Positions 63,701 through 64,000 of a stretch of DNA of 64,000 nt are shown here, piece after piece (position 1 is the stretch's first letter; every line of letters starts with the position of its first letter). The notes under the pieces are model-generated. The model ran no database searches. It was not told where the DNA came from and worked only from the letters and a program-made list of their open reading frames with translations. Both the position numbers and the translations under genes were made by a program. Origin of the DNA: Gemmatales bacterium (GTDB taxonomy: Bacteria; Planctomycetota; Planctomycetia; Gemmatales; HRBIN36); NCBI GenBank assembly GCA_041640595.1, contig JBEPZY010000002.1:114984-178983 (forward strand), in the 5' to 3' direction.

Positions 63701-63726
63701 AGGCTCAGCAAATCCCGAACGCATGA
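60709..63726 (+). CDS. Hsp70-family protein with a long non-canonical C-terminal region (DUF3731-like)
   Basis: IGIDLGTTN, TIPASFD, LLEEPQAA, IDVGGGTTD, LLGGDNMD; C-terminal GFCLRPGFG and WILWRRVAGGL. Confidence 0.9.
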   Translation: MARYCIGIDLGTTNTALAYVDVRRGQDGKIVSFAIPQLVAPGEVGRRMLLPSFLYLAGEHDLPAGASALPWDAQRRYVVGELAREQGARVPGRLVSSAKSWLCHAGVDRQAAILPWNSPADVPRVSPVQASARYLQHLVEAWNWSFAQSDAEARLEKQTIVLTIPASFDEMARQLTLEAARLAGLEHVTLLEEPQAAFYAWMAAGRCEIVGETQPVPVRSAEEALRPGMRCVVIDVGGGTTDFTLIEAVEQQGELALVRQAVGEHLLLGGDNMDLALARYVEQKLGVSGKLDAVTFFQLAQACRRAKEQLLGDNPPASVPVTVIGRGRAVVGSTLSTTLTSDEIAEVLLEGFFPLDPFDAEPQTATRLGLHEMGLPYVSDPAIPHHLAAFLRTFAGERPPEAILFNGGVFQSARLRQRLLTVMQRWYAGHHWQPRVLTNPSLDLAVAWGAAYYGWLRQTGGKRIRSGLARSYYLGIAAGAANSASESAGASDGETLTVLCVAPRQLDEGAEIRLEQPEMLLALGEPVQFPLFASAVRPQDQPGQILRFKSGQLQALPALSTVLKGGKRSAKREIPVTVTARLTEIGTLELGLASRLGEQRWKLEFPVRQTGQAMTTPAASATTSQQEETSVPANPIAETWSEEIVQAAGQAIRQAFASAEPESVRQLPKRLEELLQMPREDWPITLCRQLWPFLAESVSQRWRSPMHVARWYHLAGFCLRPGFGEVLDSHRVEQLWKLLSVPGKGGGPATLRSNDGGPEYWILWRRVAGGLAANLQQAIFDRLRPFLLPQKGKSPPYRPNSHELAEMWRAVASLERLPVASKQALGETLLRQLSRRPWPTYLFWSLTRLGSRQPFYGPWNTVIPAETVTDWLRRLLELQAAISEASPSAPSLAKEAAEVAQSAAKKSPSGLATHEVRDWLFCLTELARRTGIRSLDIEESLRQEVLQLLERLGAPEDWRQAVREGGPRAQAEAGRLFGESLPLGLRLAEPGPAPSAEQAQQIPNA

Positions 63727-64000
63727 CCCCACCGGGGCGGAACTTGCTACTCCGCAGCCGTTATACGTCCGGCCAAACTGCGTCCGCACCTGGTGAAAGA
63801 TTTTTCCACACTTGCCCTTGCCGGTCTGCCTGGTAATCTGGTAAAACATGCGGACTAGACGACGCCCACGTCGGGGCTTATACAATGGCTGCTGGCCAGG
63901 CAGAGGGTATGTCCGTACCTTCCGCGGACCGCAGCCGGTATCGTCTGTGTGTCAACCTCGGAAAACTGCCGAGCGTCCCTGCATCGGCTTTCGCAGGAGG

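Noticed and set aside
1..64000. Transposase, integrase, prophage, tRNA or rRNA genes
   Set aside because: No supporting motifs were found on either strand

Overview
64 kb of a bacterial chromosome, most likely from a planctomycete. This is inferred from the gene families (DUF11/OmcB-like lipoprotein, Minf_1886-type protein, four-ACT aspartate kinase, long Hsp70-like protein). About 33 credible CDS are present. They include an NO-detoxification module (Rrf2 regulator plus hemerythrin, divergent from a quinol-dependent NO reductase), mpg, dapB, an MsbA-like ABC transporter plus ArnT-like glycosyltransferase, fabF, a degenerate SF1-helicase-like protein, a deoxyhypusine-synthase-like protein, an FGGY kinase plus RidA, the ffs(SRP RNA)-dnaX-ybaB-recR-rpoN block, a cysteine desulfurase, an S1/P1-type nuclease, a divergent sigma-factor-like gene with a partner, UDG, recG and lysC. 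No transposase, integrase, cas gene, tRNA or rRNA was found. The most unusual content is intergenic and comes in two layers. (1) There are about 55-60 copies (hand count) of a 26-bp REP-like hairpin, CCAC-stem-TNAC-stem-GCTC, with compensatory stem changes. They sit in eight BIME-like arrays that reshuffle a small set of spacers about 61-75 and 98 bp long. (2) There are more than ten sequence-unrelated degenerate tandem arrays, most of whose periods cluster at the same lengths (about 66-68, 73-76 and 100 bp). Four of them begin with a copy of the adjacent gene's 3' end (ridA, lysC, rpoN, mpg). This suggests a length-measuring local DNA amplification process; that mechanism is inference, not demonstrated.
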